Program-made: the position numbers and the translations under genes
Notes under the pieces: model-generated
Databases searched by the model: none
The model's input: the letters and a program-made list of their open reading frames with translations, nothing else
What the model was told of the DNA's origin: nothing
Shown: positions 61,176 through 64,000 of the stretch, in pieces
How the letters are laid out: each line of letters opens with the position of its first letter
How positions within the stretch are numbered: position 1 is the stretch's first letter
Assembly (NCBI RefSeq): GCF_048593235.1
Contig: NC_133617.1
Coordinates: forward strand, 714,096,958 to 714,160,957
Source of the DNA: Sminthopsis crassicaudata
Lineage: Eukaryota
DNA: 64,000 nucleotides
Direction of reading: 5' to 3'

Positions 61176-63248
61176 CTGAAAGCAAGCACAAATGGAGATT
61201 TTTTCCCCCTTTAATTTCTTGGTAGTAAAGAAAAACATGGTGGGAGAGGAGTAGGTGTGATATGGGAAATAAGAAATTATGCAGGAGAACTGGCATAAGG
61301 GCCATCATAAAGGAGACATGAGGGGAAAAGGGGGACTGATTGTGGGGTGAAAGGTAAGAATCAGAGAAATCTTGAAAGATGACTAGTTCTGTTATTGCCC
61401 TATTGTGGAGACAATGGTAGACCTTCTGGTGAACGTATTGGCAGACATCAGAGTCCCATCAGTTAGGCAGACAGGCATGGATTAGAACTGAGAGAGAATG
61501 CCTCCATCAGAGATTAGAGACCTCTGGCAAGCACTGCATGAAATAACACCCACCAAATCTCAACATCAGAATGTTTATTTATCCAATTTCCAAATGTGTT
61601 TGGCTACCTGACTCAGGACATCCAAATAGATTATGGTGGAACAACATGAGAACAACCTGAAGATGAGTTTTGGTTGTGATATTTATTAGCTATGTGAACT
61701 TGGGCAAGTAATTTGATTCTTTCAGGCTCAGTTTCCTCATCTGTAAAATGAGGATAATATATATTGTATGTAAGGGTTGTCAATTGTTACATAAATGTTC
61801 CAACTTTAAAATTTGGTAGTATGCATCATCAAAATGGTCAGTGGAGGTGGATTAATGATACTACTTCACTTTTAAAATGATTTGTAGTTTTAAAAATGTT
61901 TTCATATACATGAATATGTCTTGTGCTCTAGTGGAACAAAGTGATGGGTTTGAGGTCAGGAAGACTGGAGTTTAAAACCTTCCTCTGATACTCATGCCTC
62001 ATTAATAAGAGGGCTGGCACTTAATAACTGCTTAATAAGGGTTTATTGTATTTTTATTATATTATGGATTCCATAACTTCTCTGTGCTCTAGAACTTGTC
62101 TAATAAGTCACAGACTGGCTGAAATATGCATCATTGGGTAAAATGTTCTACAATGACTATATGTTTCTCATATATTAGATAAAACTTGTAGAAATCCTTT
62201 GAGGGAAGTAGATCAAAACTTATCCTTCTCATTTCAGGAAGGTGGAGACTGATGGATGGACAATTGAGGTGTTTTGCTGAAGATCTCACATCATTTGTAG
62301 ATGATAGGACCAGGATTGGAAGTTAATTCTCCTAACTCTCAGTTCTAGGATGTTCTCTCAATAACTACAAAAACAACTCATATTTGCATAACATTTAAAG
62401 GTTTGTAGTGCTTATATAACAAAAAAAATAACACTGAGTTAGTGGGTAGGTATCAATATCCATTATTTCCATTTTGCAGAAGAAGAAACTGAGGCTGAAT
62501 CACTAATAAATGTCAGAACAGCACTCAGACACTGATTCTTTTGGTTTTACTCCATTATAACACATTGAAATGAAGAGTAACTCTTCCATTAACACACTTG
62601 GAAACTGAATAAATCATTATTAGAGTAACTGGACATTGAGGAAAAATAAGTGTTCAAATAAACACTATGAAAACATAAGCAATATGAATTCAAGAAAGCC
62701 AATGAATCTGGGCTTAGAAGTCATCAAAAGACTTAGTCCAACTCATGGATTCAATCTGTGCCTATTGGGTAGAAGCCATCAAAACCGTTCTCTTCCCTAA
62801 TTCCTCATACAATAGAAAGAGTTCAGATGACCTGGGCTCAGATTCCGGTGCTACTTTACAAGTTACTCTAGCTCTCTGGGCCTGCCTGGATTTTCTCATC
62901 TATCAATGAAAAAATTGATCTAAATGGACACTAGGGTCCCATCTACTCCTAACTCTCTGATCCCCATGATTCAACTGTTCATTTGTTTGACTTGTTCTAT
63001 TGATTTTCTGTATACAAAGAAACTATTTAATTCAGTGAATGTGTCAATAAAATCAGGGTTTTGTTTGTTTTGATTTTAAACTGTGGTTCTGTATTAAAAT
63101 TTCTCCATTTATAAAGTGGATCTATATACATACATACATATTATATATATATACATGGATGAAGAAATACATAGAAATTTTGTACATAATCATAATTTAA
63201 AACCAAAACCTATATAATCTAAGCATTATATATGTTTTGGTTTTAAAT

Positions 63249-63596
63249 NNNNNNNNNNNNNNNNNNNNNNNNNNNNNNNNNNNNNNNNNNNNNNNNNNNN
63301 NNNNNNNNNNNNNNNNNNNNNNNNNNNNNNNNNNNNNNNNNNNNNNNNNNNNNNNNNNNNNNNNNNNNNNNNNNNNNNCCTACCTACATATACATGCAAC
63401 AACATACACATGCAATATANNNNNNNNNNNNNNNNNNNNNNNNNNNNNNNNNNNNNNNNNNNNNNNNNNNNNNNNNNNNNNNNNNNNNNNNNNNNNNNNN
63501 NNNNNNNNNNNNNNNNNNNNNNNNNNNNNNNNNNNNNNNNNNNNNNNNNNNNNNNNNNNNNNNNNNNNNNNNNNNNNNNNNNNNNNNNNNNNNNNN
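63249..63596. other. Two assembly gaps (63249-63378 and 63420-63596) around a TA/CA-rich islet
   Basis: Runs of N. Confidence 1.
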
Positions 63597-63866
63597 GGAA
63601 TGTTAGGGTTAGAAGGAACATTAAATATCATTAAATCCAACACATGACCTTATTCGATATAATTTTCTAAGACAGAGAACTTAGGAAAAAACGTGGAATG
63701 GTTCTTGTTCTAACTAATGCAGAAGTAAAGAGTAAGTGAAAGTCTTCTTGTCCGTAGCCCTGACCATTAGGCTGGGCTCAGGAGGTCACCTTATTTAAGG
63801 TCTGATTTGCTGTGTCAACTGATCCCCACATACAGATCACTTCCCAGTGCTGCTGAACCAAGTTAC

Positions 63867-64000
63867 CTGTATTGACTGCTTGCCAGCCTACGGAAAATGG
63901 AGTTCTGGCCTGAATGACATACATAGTGACAGGGCTGTGGTTATCTGCTCCTGGCCTCCAGGACAATTGGGCTGTTGTATCTGTGATTTCATCGATAGTC
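63867..64000 (-). CDS. CNTN4: Contactin-4 coding exon (FN3 domain 1, first half; continues beyond the window)
   Basis: [44 protein letters not shown], then donor G|gtaact. Confidence 0.95.

Noticed and set aside
1-64000. CRISPR arrays, tRNA/rRNA genes, prokaryotic operons
   Set aside because: None seen; tRNA-like A/B boxes belong to SINE heads and the direct repeats are TSDs or local duplications

Overview
Eukaryotic genomic DNA from a marsupial, most likely a dasyurid such as the Tasmanian devil. This is inferred from WSINE1-type and Mar1-type SINEs, dasyurid-style L1 3' ends and an OC1-like hAT MITE. The draft assembly has six N-gaps. The window holds the 3' ends of two convergent genes. 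IL5RA is on the + strand: transmembrane, Box1 and terminal coding exons, 4698-10194. CNTN4 (contactin-4) is on the - strand: last nine coding exons, covering the FN3 domains and GPI signal, 64000 to 37727, with a 3' UTR to about 35915. About 25 kb separates them, dominated by nested L1s, a solo LTR, SINEs and MITEs. There is no prokaryotic, CRISPR or RNA-gene content, and I found no new protein-coding system. Most noteworthy: (1) two +1 frameshifts in the penultimate CNTN4 exon, either a GPI-less/null allele or assembly error; (2) a near-perfect 135-bp inverted repeat in a CNTN4 intron, with an older third copy next to the downstream 3' splice site; (3) an L1 fragment inserted about 10 nt upstream of the IL5RA Box1-exon acceptor, whose target-site duplication (TSD) rebuilds the splice site; (4) an OC1-like hAT MITE from a family known for horizontal transfer; (5) a multi-layer L1/L1/LTR nest and two L1s lacking the reverse transcriptase. 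Gene and repeat-family names come from recalled sequences, not database searches. Repeat boundaries without TSDs are approximate.
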